Assembly: GCA_010093605.1 (NCBI GenBank)
Contig: MU004188.1
Location: 127,673 to 191,672 of the forward strand
From: Lophium mytilinum
Taxonomy: Eukaryota
Direction of reading: 5' to 3'
DNA: 64,000 nt
Made by a program: the position numbers and the translations under genes. This document shows, piece after piece, positions 35,940 through 47,299 of the stretch; the first letter of the stretch is position 1; every line of letters starts with the position of its first letter. Under the pieces are notes generated by a model. That model was not told the origin of the DNA, ran no database searches, and saw only the letters and a list, made by a program, of their open reading frames with translations.

Positions 35940-37244
35940 TTACTTCGCCCTGATTTTGTTCCTTTTGATGATATCTCGTAGCGCCGAGTGCCATTGTAAA
36001 TCCCCTGCATATATAGCACTGTGGGATTTAAGGCCGTGGTGCTCCCTTCTGCCGCCACTATAGGCAAAACCTCGGAGCCCCCCAGGCGATCCCGCGGTTT
36101 CCACGTAAGTGTCGTAGTGATCAGGTGGTGTTCTCGGAATTCGTGCTACAGAGCTTTCCATAGAACTAATTTGAAGGTCTCGCAGCGGCGAAGCCTCAGC
36201 GCTCGCGAGTACTTTGAAAATATCGCCCCAGGTCTCTATCCACCCCTCTTTGATGTCATCCACCGCCATGCAATCGCCGAAGGCGATGCGCTCAAGCCGG
36301 TCCTTGTGAGCGTTGAGAAAGTCCAGAAGCTTTTTACAGATGATAATGCCATCAAAATGGACTGATTTGAGCTTGGGCAGATGGACAACGTCCCACGGCG
36401 GTAGTACATTTCGTTCATGACTCTGCGCGTGAGAATTCCAATGGAACCGTCGAAAGACGAAACGGCGGGCTTGGGATGTTGAGATTCGAAGTTGTGTAGC
36501 CGAGGGTATGTGATTAAGGAACAACGAGGGGAGCTTGCTGCAGAAATTTTCATCACTCCAGCTGTACATTGCTAGGTAAGTAGAGAGCTCCGGCCCACTG
36601 GACAGGGAGCTTGGGTCCATTCCAAGGCCGATATAGAAGCTTTTGATATGCTTCAGGAAGTCGTGAAATTCTTTCGAAGAAAAGATGGCTAGATCCACTG
36701 GCGGGACGCCTAAAAGGCGAAGCGTCTTGAGACGATGGTGTTTGTTCTTACACAGCGCCTCGTATACTCGCTCCATCAGCCTCAACCCATCGATCCGGTC
36801 CTCTCTGAAGGCCTGGTTCTCTCTAGAGTTGTCTGTAATCAAAATCTCGAATCGAATTTCCAGAGTGTCCAGATTTGGAAAGTGTTTGTGAAGATTGCTC
36901 AAGATGAAGTTGACTGGCGTTGGGAATATCGGGTCCCTGTCGAAGTAGTCTTCCCCACCACGCGTGTAGTTGTTCGGATCTAGCGATCTTTCGAAACGTA
37001 AATTCTTAACATACTGGCCAAACTGGCTATTGGCCAAGGCGATTACCGAGGCCGCAAACTTGCTTCCGTTGCGAACCGTAACTCTGTCGAAGAGAATGGG
37101 TGCGAGAAATGAACGAGTTCTAGAGCAAGTCCCGCTGAGGTTAAGAAGTGTCTGGCGACCTTGCTTTTCGGTCTTCGCAGAGTTTTGGATGGCTTCGACG
37201 ATGAGAAGTTTAAGCTCATCTGGTAGGTCGTTGAGATATCCCAT
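35940..37244 (-). CDS. F-box-like / LRR-like protein, paralog 1 (434 aa, intronless)
   Basis: MGYLNDLPDELKLLIVEAI...LLNLSGTCSRTRSFLAPILFDRVTVRN...ASVIALANSQFGQYVKNLRFE; LxxLxL repeats downstream. Confidence 0.8.
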   Translation of the reverse strand: MGYLNDLPDELKLLIVEAIQNSAKTEKQGRQTLLNLSGTCSRTRSFLAPILFDRVTVRNGSKFAASVIALANSQFGQYVKNLRFERSLDPNNYTRGGEDYFDRDPIFPTPVNFILSNLHKHFPNLDTLEIRFEILITDNSRENQAFREDRIDGLRLMERVYEALCKNKHHRLKTLRLLGVPPVDLAIFSSKEFHDFLKHIKSFYIGLGMDPSSLSSGPELSTYLAMYSWSDENFCSKLPSLFLNHIPSATQLRISTSQARRFVFRRFHWNSHAQSHERNVLPPWDVVHLPKLKSVHFDGIIICKKLLDFLNAHKDRLERIAFGDCMAVDDIKEGWIETWGDIFKVLASAEASPLRDLQISSMESSVARIPRTPPDHYDTYVETAGSPGGLRGFAYSGGRREHHGLKSHSAIYAGDLQWHSALRDIIKRNKIRAK

Positions 37245-37666
37245 AGCTGCTAGTGATATCATGGAGAGAGAAGGGTGAAGTGTTGTAAATTGGGTTGCAA
37301 GACTTTGGCGTAACGTGTATGTGGCAAAGAGAAATTTGAGTGTGCGCAAACCGCACGAGTCACATAAGCTACCATGGTTGACGCCCCGGATCACATGTAT
37401 TCAACCAGCGGTACGAGCACACACCTTGCAAACCAAAAGGCAATAATGATTTAAATTAGGATACCAGCGTTCTTACTAAGACCTTAGAAAGCTAAAGATA
37501 GAGATCGAGACTGGGTAGGCCCGTCGTAAATTACAACCGCTCATCTTCCTGATTTCGCGCTCTTAGCATACCCATACCATCCATTGCTTATGAAAGAATC
37601 TCAAGCTCTTCGCCAACGAACCCTGCCTTGGCTTCTATGACGAACATAAGTAACACGCCTTCTTCT

Positions 37667-38959
37667 TCAGTTATTAGCCTGAATGAGCTCGCATAAGGCA
37701 CGATACAGCACACCATCATCCAGCCCCTTGAAGTCTACGTATTTCGGGAATACGAGACTATCCACATATACGAACCCATGAGTCTTGCCTATTGGCGTAA
37801 GCTCTTGCGGAATTTCTACGTCCGCACTCTTAACGTTCTTGATATGGAGCTGTCGGAGAGCAGAGTTCCCAGTATTGGAGCCCGCGAGAGCCCGGAAGAG
37901 ATCACCCCAAGTATGCTCCCATCGGCTCAGCCCATGCGGAAAATGATGTTGAACAACGCAATGGTCCAAGGTAACGTGTTGAAGTGTATGACAATGGTTG
38001 GCGAGGAATTGAATGAGCTCCCCGCGGATGAGGGTTCCGTGGACGCGGAGCGACTTGACCATGGGCATCTGGGAGCTAGCGACACACAACGGAAAGAGCC
38101 GTGTCGTCATTCCGAATTGCTCCCAGCTCTTCGTGCAGGCTTCGAAGCTAACATTCTTGACCAAAGCTAGGTGATCAAAGAACAACGATCCAAGCTTGCT
38201 GTAGAAGTCGCGATAACCGTCCAACCCCATGACGACGTAGCGTATTTCGCTCAAGTCTTCGAAAATGGAGATCTTAAAGGTTTCAAGACCATTGAGAAGC
38301 TGTTTGAATTCCCGAGTATGGAAGGTAGACAACGCACACGGCATGAGGTCTTGCAGATCAAGCCTCTTGATAGGCCGCTTATTCTTGCATAATGCCTGAT
38401 ATGTCTTGACCATGAGTATTTTCCAATGTTCCCATTCCTCACCGGAAGCCTCAGAATGTCGCAATTCTCGGAAGAGATCTCCACGGGAGGTGACTCCGTC
38501 GTAATCCCAGAATGTGTCCTCTCTAAACCGTACGCTAACATTTTCTAGGTTTGGGAAGTACTGATAAACGTTGGACAACATGTCGTGGACTGCTGCTGGG
38601 AAGATAGCCTCAACAGCTCTACGAATGTCTTCGGATGAGCCATTGAAGATATTCCAGGCGAAGGGCTCCATAGCAGTGTCGTACTCCTTTCCACATAGAG
38701 AGCCCTCGAATCGCAGATCTTTGGTATACTGGCCGTACTCGCTTGTCGACAAAGCATTGACCGACGCCGCACTATCAATCTCATTGCGTAGTGTAATCCG
38801 GTCGAAGAGGGTGGGTGCAAGTAGTGATCGATATTTCCGGCAAGTAAGACTGAGATCGAAGAAAGTCCGTCGAGCCGAGACATTTACGTCGCTAAAGTCC
38901 TTGATAGCATCGAAGATGGTTAGCTGAAGCTCCACTGGGAGATCTGTGATCTTGGTCAT
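37667..38959 (-). CDS. F-box-like / LRR-like protein, paralog 2 (430 aa, intronless)
   Basis: MTKITDLPVELQLTIFDAI...LSLTCRKYRSLLAPTLFDRITLRN...SAASVNALSTSEYGQYTKDLRFEGS. Confidence 0.82.
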   Translation of the reverse strand: MTKITDLPVELQLTIFDAIKDFSDVNVSARRTFFDLSLTCRKYRSLLAPTLFDRITLRNEIDSAASVNALSTSEYGQYTKDLRFEGSLCGKEYDTAMEPFAWNIFNGSSEDIRRAVEAIFPAAVHDMLSNVYQYFPNLENVSVRFREDTFWDYDGVTSRGDLFRELRHSEASGEEWEHWKILMVKTYQALCKNKRPIKRLDLQDLMPCALSTFHTREFKQLLNGLETFKISIFEDLSEIRYVVMGLDGYRDFYSKLGSLFFDHLALVKNVSFEACTKSWEQFGMTTRLFPLCVASSQMPMVKSLRVHGTLIRGELIQFLANHCHTLQHVTLDHCVVQHHFPHGLSRWEHTWGDLFRALAGSNTGNSALRQLHIKNVKSADVEIPQELTPIGKTHGFVYVDSLVFPKYVDFKGLDDGVLYRALCELIQANN

Positions 38960-39966
38960 GATGAGAAATGGTATCGTTATGGAGATATGCGGGCGAGGTC
39001 GATGCGATTGGAAGAGAGAGTGTATGTGTGTGTGTCTAGAGGGGAGGGAGAACCTAGCAAGTATTTATGTGTACCCAGAGAATTCTGTCCACATTCACGA
39101 TTCTTCAACACGACATAGCGGTCATGCTGGCTGCCACTCATACGCTGCCACTTCACGGCTGCCATTGGCAGTCCATTGGCCCCTTATAAAGAAGCACGTG
39201 CCCGTAATACTTGAAATCAATAGAATTTAACCTATATGCATTACAAATAACGCCTCGAGTAAAGTATTCAACAAACTTTAAGAGGGCCAAAGAGTATATA
39301 AGCTTTAGGAGTAGCGAAAGTAAGGAGCCAAAGACGTATATGCTCACCAAGATGCCGCCCTACAATCATAAAGCGTCACTAGTCTATCTTACACAGACCT
39401 AGACCAGAGTGAAGCAATATCCCATGTCATTGCTAAGCTAAGTATTTACGCCAACACGTTTTTGCACATAAGTTCGATCGCCAACGCCTTCCTTCCTCGC
39501 GTTTGACCTACTACCTACTGCCTCGCAACAAACTTTATGTGGGATGTTATAAGCCCTCTGGCTTCGTTACAGTGATAGAATCGTGCTATAGCCCTGGAAC
39601 TACTCTAGAATCCTAGGTTTGATGCCACGTAACGAGGCGGTCATCAAGACGTTACGCTAAGGCATAGGTTTTCGACAATGGGTACGAATGGGTCACCTTC
39701 ACGACATGAATCTGAAAAGTTGTCAGCGAGAGTAGTTTGAAGTTTGAACTTGATGACTAAGCCTGCTAGTTGATTGTAGTGATTGGCAACCAGGGACCAC
39801 ATCCAATACTCGTTTTGAAAGAACACCTCCGAATGCTCTATTGACGCCTGCTACCTGATGCCAGGTGGTAGAACCGGACAGGGAGGAAGAAGGAAAGTAG
39901 GTGTTGCCGTGCTAAAAGTCCTCGCCCGCCAATCTATCGCTACTTAGTGCATGAGAAGCAATGCAC

Positions 39967-41306
39967 CTATGCCTTTCCTAGATACTTTCCTCTAGCCCTG
40001 TTGGCTCTGATGAGCTCCTCCAACGCAGGGTACCATATCTGATCGCTCTCTCGTGCGACTACTTCGAGTTCTAGATAGCCGTGCCTATCGTCGGTTCTGC
40101 CATATGCAAAGGCTCGTGGATTCAGCAATTCGTCGCCCCTTGGATGGGATTCCATCCCGTCCAAGCAATGAGAGCAGTGTATAGGCTCTATGTCGAGCGT
40201 TCGTAGCGCTGTAGCGCCAGAGTTCATGAGAGCCTTGAACATCCTTCCCCAAGTATTCGTCCAGAGACCGTCCGCTGCGTCGGCGTGTAGGCATAGCAGT
40301 TCTGAAGGGTAATATGCTCAAGAGTATCCTGGTGGCTAACAAAGAACGATATCATTTCCTGGCTGACAAGCGTACGACTGAGGTTGATTGACTTGAGTTG
40401 CGGCATTTGGGTGACTTTCAGTGGCAGTGTCGCTTCCTTTGTCCAGTCATACGGAAGGCCCTCATAGCTCCATGCACCGTAAACGGGGCCTTTGAGTTTC
40501 AGATGCTGAACCGAAGGTAGATGGTCTATGAACCGTCTAGAGAGGTAACGAGTAGTTTCGAAGTAGTGCGCGGAGCCATGACGTTTCCGGCAGGCCAGAA
40601 CGTGAGAGATTCCGACAGTCCTAATTCTCTCGAGAAACTTATGAAACTTAGGATCGTCTAACGCATCACACTCCCTCGAAAGGTCCAAGATTTGAAGAGT
40701 TTTGATGTTGTGGTTCTGGTTCTCACATAGTGCCTCGTATGTCTTTGCCTGAAGCTGCCCCCAGTTGTGAATTTTCCGTCGCTTGATGGTCGCCTTGAAA
40801 AGGTCTGGATGATCGAAAAGGTCGCGCACGCCCACAGGAAGAGGAGATGATTCATACCAGGCGGCATTCTGTTCTTCGATGCGAATGGTCAGTATATCCA
40901 GTTTCGAGAACCAATGCTGAAGATCGGACAGGACCCTGTATACCGATTCAGGGAACAATTTCTCTCTCGCCTCCTGCACTATCGTTCTGAGTTTGTTTAT
41001 ATCGAGCCCTTCGGTGTGCTGTTCTATGACCCGACGGTAACCATCCCTGTTCAATGATCCCTCGAAGCGTAGCTGTTTGACGTATTGACCATGATGGCTG
41101 TTGGCTAAGGCGATAGCCGAAGCCGCACTCTCGGCGTCATTGAGGAGCGTGACTCGGTCGAAGATGATTGGAGCAAGTAGCAAACGGTAGGTCGAGCAGG
41201 TACTGCTGAGGCTGACGAGATCCTCGCGACCGTGGTCTTGTGCCACGACAAGTTCCACGATCATGAGCTGCAGCTCATCTGAGAGGCCCAGGAGTGGACA
41301 CACCAT
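39967..41306 (-). pseudogene. F-box-like paralog 3 with one frameshift (or a sequencing error)
   Basis: MVCPLLGLSDELQLMIV...LSSTCSTYRLLLAPIIFDRVTL...GQYVKQLRFEGS. Similarity to paralogs 1 and 2 continues in another frame after ~40285 (DGLWTNTWGRMFKAL...AFAY...DQIWYPALEELIRAN). Confidence 0.7.
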
Positions 41307-41709
41307 AGTTGATGAGTTGTTGGGGAGTGAAGTGGAGTTAGAGACAGACGAAAGTGTGAGGAGGAATGTTGACGCTATATGACTTGGTCGCAAACGTTAG
41401 CGCGGACTTAGCGCGCACGCTAATTGGTCGAAAGGTGATTTTCGGTTACCTGGGTGAATGCCACCTCACTTGCCTCACAGAGCGCTCGACTTCGCAGATC
41501 ATAACGCGTGAGGTGGCCTAGTAAGATAGTCGATTGACCAAACTTGTCGAGGTCTCGCACATCCTACTTTACCGAAGGACTCGGCAACGAAAAGCATACT
41601 GGGCGCGGAAGCAGACAAAGACAGCATTCCCAGCTGGGACTCGACATCATGGAATGGTACTTAAGGAGCATTGACGCGGTACCTTGAGTACTCACATCAT
41701 CGTCCGCTC

Positions 41710-43050
41710 TTACCCGGCATACGCTTTCGTTTCCGCCTTACACCAATTCCATAGCTTCTCCCCCGCACGCTTCTCAATAGCCGTAGTCAACGCTGTATTA
41801 TACCCCCCAAAACGGCCCCAGGGAATGATATATGTGCCGTTCTTATCCGGAGTAACCTCAGGGGACCAGCCAGCGAAGAGCTCTGTATAAGTGCCCATGA
41901 TAACGGGGTAGCTCATCCACTTCTGTGAGGAAATGTGTAAGCAGCCCGTTCAGCAATCATTAATCGTAAAAGTAAACTTCATACCATGAACAATTTCTCC
42001 AAAAAGGTAATGTGGCGCTTAAGTTCGGTGTCCACCATAATGCCGGGGTGAAAAGCCTCAAAGACCGGGCGTAAGCAAGAACATCTACGCAGATCGAAGG
42101 GGAGGGGGTTGTGTTTACTGTACTCATCACCCCGCTATCCCCTAGCCTCCTCGCGACCTCCGTACTCAGCATGACGCCCGCCGCCTTCGTAGCTCCGTAC
42201 AGCTTCATCGGCTGAAAATCTGTCTTCGGGGCGCCCGCAGCGTCGAACAGTACGCCGCCCGTGGGCGCGAAGAGGTCAATTGCCACGCTGGCAGCCCACG
42301 CCACCCGCACCGACGCGGTGGGGGATGTCGCCGTGGTTTTCTGGAGCAGCGGCATCAAGAGCGACGTGAGCAAAAATGGCCCTAGCACGTTAGTTGCGAG
42401 CTGCAGACTATGGCCCTGATTCATGTTAGGCGGCTTCCTTGCCATAGTCATGGTCGAGCGAGAAATTGAAAAACGACGTACCTGCTTTCCACGCTCTTCC
42501 TTCGGCGGGGTCATCACCCCTGCGTTGTTTACCAGAACGTCCAGTCTTCCTTCTTTTGGTAAGAACTCGTTGACAGCGGGCGCGATCGTGCGGAGGTCGT
42601 CGAGCTCGAGCTTTAGGAACTCGAGACGGCCTTTCGAGCCCGGGCACGCGGCTTTAATGGCATTAATGGAGGCCGTGGCTTTAGAGACGTTGCGGCCGGT
42701 GATGTAGATGGTGGCATTGCGGGAGTAGAGGAGGCGAGCGAGGTCGGCGCCTATGCCGGTGTATCCACCTGTTATGATGTGAACCTGATATGGTGAGCAA
42801 ATGGTACTGGAGGTCGGAGTGTTTGAGGGTGGACCGTGATGGGAATAATGGAGAGGGGAGATTGGGGGATGCTCAAAGGCACATTTGGTGTAGGGATGAG
42901 AGATGTTATAGCGAACGTCGATATGAGAATGAAAAAGTAAAATTGTACCGTACTTACCTTCCCGGATTGGTCAGAAGGATCTTTTTCTGTAAATGTGGGT
43001 TTGGGGACGAAATACGTCTGATTCCAGAATCTGCTGAGCGTGCCGCCCAT
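41710..43050 (-). CDS. Short-chain dehydrogenase/reductase (retinol-DH/WWOX-like), 5 exons
   Basis: ITGGYTGIG, LDVLVNNAGVM, ATNVLGPFLLT, catalytic YGATK, FHPG, YIIPWGR, LWNWC; exons join in frame (one acceptor is GAG at 42057). Confidence 0.92.
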
Positions 43051-43982
43051 CGTAAAATTGCAACTGCTGGGCTGAAACCAAGATCAATGGCATATTGTCT
43101 TCTATGATTCCCAATAGAGCCGTCAAATTATTCTCTATGGGAAGCTGGCGAGCAAGATATTTCTCCCGTCTCACCGTTTCAATGTGGCGTTAGCTCACGA
43201 ACTTGGTGATCAAAAACGGAGCTGATAGAGTTCTCGTACGAGGCTCTTCGTCAACAAAGTCGCAAAAGTACTGACAACTGCGATGCAAAAGACAAAGAAA
43301 TTAATCGAGATCTTGTTTTATATCGAAGGTGGCGGAAAGGCTTAATTATTCTCGCGTGGTTGCCACAGTCCATGCATAAGAGACTGTGGGTCTAGTTCAC
43401 CTTTTCCCCCTTAGGCCTCCCGCCTCTCCACTCTTTTATCAATATACCGCTGAAGTTGGTATATACCGAGATATCAACTCATACCGGCCCACTACTTATA
43501 CGAGGGTAGATTTTCGAGGCCGGTACAAGCAGTAACACTCTCTGCTTATACCCGACGATAGTCCTAGGTGAGAGCGTATGCAAATTCCCGTATCTCCATT
43601 TACAGCTCGGTATATCGTTCAGCTCGGGGCCGGGGAGAATGGAAGCTACGACAGAAAAGAACGCCAAACAATCGGGTTAAATCAAGCGGGAGGCCACTGC
43701 ACCTTGAATGGTGATGGGAGCTGTGTTATGTTACTTGTTATACTCCTGCCAATCATTATAGCGTAGCCGAGGTAAAATATCCTAGAAAGTATCGGTGGAG
43801 TCTTTGAGGAATGCTGGGCCCTCAGAACCAATAACCGGGTCTCGTAAGACCAATACTCGGCCCGAAATCCGTTCGCTATACCTCTTGCCTGCGACCGTAG
43901 CACGCAATATAAAATAGGAACAGACTTCAAAGCTTGAATGTATTAGTCCTTCAACCAATAAGTATCCTACACACTAATTTCA

Positions 43983-46175
43983 TCAATCCTCATCATCCTC
44001 GTCATCGCTGCCGAAGATGGCCTTAAACACAGCCTCGCCTGCTTTCTCGCCCTCCAGCGCCTCATTCCGCTCCACATCTACTACTGCATCGTTGAAGGCT
44101 AGGGCTCTTGATATTTCAGCGCCATCACCAGCCACGACACCTAAATCAGGGTTGTGGAGTGCTGCGTCCTTCATCATTTCTTCAATCGACGCTTTTGACA
44201 CAGGCTCTTGCGTCCTACTCGCACTACTGGAAGCGACCCCATCACCGTGCGCTGTTCCGGAATCCGGTTGCACATGAGACGGAGGCTTGACGTTGAAGCG
44301 CTTACAGAGTAGCCTAGTAGGAAAGAACTGCTGCACGGTGCGTGTCATCGGGCCATACATTCCCAATTTTGCAGCCTCTTCGGCGGGATCTTGGGGCTTC
44401 GGGGCTGGTGTATGGAGCAGAGTCTCCCCACCTCCATTCGAAGAACTGGCCGGCTGGATGGTGGAGCTCGACGAGGTGAAGCGGGAGGCCATGAGTCCCG
44501 TAATCGGTTTGAACACTTTCGCCGCGTGGACAAACTCCGCAAGCTCTTTTGCCCAGTCGGACACTGTTGTTCCAGGCTTACGCTCGGGTATACGGTCACT
44601 TGTTCCGGCACGCAGTTCAAGGAACCCGATGTATCGAACCCTCTTTCCTGCGTCGTCCGCGTATGGCATCCAGCCTCCAGCACCTTTTGCGAGAGTGGCG
44701 GCCGCGATGTCTTTGGGTAGTTCGGGAACGAGACTCCATAAGTCCTTTTGGGTCGTCGCGGCATCCTTCTTGAAGCCCTCGGGAGGGGCTTCGCCTCGTG
44801 CTTGGGGGAGGTTGGTTTTCCCGGATGCGGATGCGAGCCGGTCTCGCGCTTCTGGCTTGAGGTAGTCAAACACGGATTTGCCTGGAAGAGCAGCCTCGCC
44901 TAGTAGGGCTGCACGAGCTTTGGGGTCGAGCGAGGATGCTTTGGCGGCGTCCGTAACAGACTGATATGCCGAGTTTGAAGTGTCTTCTGTGGCCTGTTGC
45001 CGCGAAGACTTCCATCCTGGCGGTATCTTTGGAGGGGCAAACGTCGGTGCTTCTTTAAGACTTAACTGTTCTGTGGCGAGGATGAAACCAATAAGCGGCA
45101 GTCTTCCGTCGTGACATGTGCGTTTAGCAGTTGACGAAGCACGTTTGGACGTAGACTTTGAAACGAAAAGCGGCCTGCCTATTACGAGAGGATTCGCAGA
45201 TTTGGCAGGCGGCCGAACTACTTCGCTCTTTTTCGACTTCTTGTCCGCTCCGATGACTCGGTTATAAGAAATCTTGGGACCCATCTCGTAGGGATCTTCG
45301 TCGTCCGAGCCGGTATCATTCAAGATACCTACGCCAAACCCACTCTTTTTGGGCGCTGATTTCTGCTTTTGCTTCTTGGACTTAGGACCTGCTAACGGGT
45401 CGTGGTCTGCCGGCTCTATCAAAAGACGCGTGGGTTTGGGTGTTGGCTCCGAAGTCTCCAAACGGCCCTCTCCTTGATAACCTAGCCCCTTGTGGTCACT
45501 CTTCCTGGTGAAGGTGATGATTTGTGAATTATCTGGTGCGAACAGATGCGTGACGGCGTCCCCTGCTGTTTCGTCCAAACGTGCTTTGCGCCGCACCTTG
45601 GGACCAATCCCCTGACCTTGTCGCCAGCCCATCTTTTGCAGAAGCTTCATGCCCATTGTGTCTCCGTCAGCTTTCCCAAGGCCGGTGAATATGTCTCGCG
45701 AGCTGAGCTCGTCGTTTGTGCTTCCAAGGCCAGAGAAAGCAGCATTGGTCTGGAGCTTCTCAGCTTCGGCGGCATCCGCTAGATCCTCGTCGTCCATGTA
45801 ATCCTCAGGCCGTTGCTCAGCGGGTTTCGCCTGGTCTTTGTGGCGATTCGTGCGCGAGGACACGAAGGTCGAGGGTGCCCATCCTTCTTTAGAGCCTACA
45901 GTGTTGAAGTAGCTGAGCTGGTTGCGTTAGCGATCTGTGTCCTGGCATATAGAAACTGAATCTCCCTACCCAGCGCTGAAGCCTCCGGTGAACGCCCCAT
46001 GTAGCCTCTTTCGGCCCCGCTCATCTGTCACAGTCTGCTTCCACACGGGCACATAGGATCCATCGTCGCGAGTATCTGGGTCGAGGGGCGGCAGAGGGGT
46101 GCCGTAGAAGACGAAAGGCGACTGGTAGGCTTGCAGGTCTGCCTCGAAGGCGGTCCGCGGTCGTTTGTGAGCCAT
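43983..46175 (-). CDS. GPATCH1: G-patch domain protein, GPATCH1/DUF1604-like splicing factor, 2 exons
   Basis: [51 protein letters not shown]-patch [38 protein letters not shown]; intron 45913-45969. Confidence 0.92.
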
Positions 46176-47299
46176 GCAGCAGCGCAGACATGGGCCGTGG
46201 GCTGTGGTGAGGTTGTGGGGTGGATTAGGTGGTTGAGTCTATCGGCGGAGGTCTTGGCGAGACTCACGGTTTCCTTCAAGGGTGGAGCGGAAGCGGACTG
46301 CGCTAGAGCTAAGCCGGAATGGTGGCACGGCGGAAGAGCGAGCGGGCCAGCCCAGCTTGCTCTGTCGGGGACCTTTTCCCCCAGAGAATTCGAGACGACG
46401 CCGCGCGGAGAGCGACCCGAGACAAGGCTGATGTCATGGGACACCAACTGCGTCCACGCCGTCGCTGTCTCCTCTCCACTCCCGCTGTCAGGAGGTGAAT
46501 TGGCAGAGGTCACGCTGGGCTGACAACGGCTCCGGGAGTGCCTTGCGCTTGTTCGACGGCAACTAGAGAGGCAGCGGCAGTCCGTGGGCATGTGAATCCG
46601 CCGCGAGAGTGCTCCATCTGCAGGCGCTGGCATGCCGTGATCCGCCGTGCGGTGCCTACTAACTCGATATTACGTCGGGATGCAGGGGCGCTGGGAGTGC
46701 TGCCCTCGATACCAGGCATGGGCCTCAGGCACCGGGATGGGTGCAGCTATGCCAGAGATAGGTATGCCACGGCGCATGCGGACGCTGCCGTGCACGCTTC
46801 AATTGCCGCTGCCAGTGACCTCAGGCGCACTTGAAGCCTCTTGTTTTCTGTCGCTCTCTGCCCAATATAACGAGGGCGCTCGCGAAAGGGCAGCCCGCTG
46901 GAGCATATCGCGCCTTAACCGCTTTCGCTGCTTGGCAGAGGCCTCCAGCCTTTCTGCCGCTGTCAGTCCGATCAGCAAGCAGCTCCTCCATCATCCCTCC
47001 AACACCCCGACCTCCACCCTTTCTGGCGCCCGCTGCTGCGTCGCTGCGTCTGCTGCCTCTCCAGCCTCATCAATCGCACCGTGGCCCGTCGACACGCCAT
47101 GTCCGGCGGCTGAAGAGCACAACACTCGTCCAGCTGCCCTTCTCACCATCACAAACGCGCCCGGCGACCGCCCTCCGTACCTGGCCCGCCCTCCACCTCC
47201 CTGCCGCGCTGCGTCTCCATCTTGCTGCCCGCGTCAATCTCGCCGTTTCAGATCCCTTCGCCCATCTCGACACTTGGCCCCAGCTGCGAAAGGTGCGTC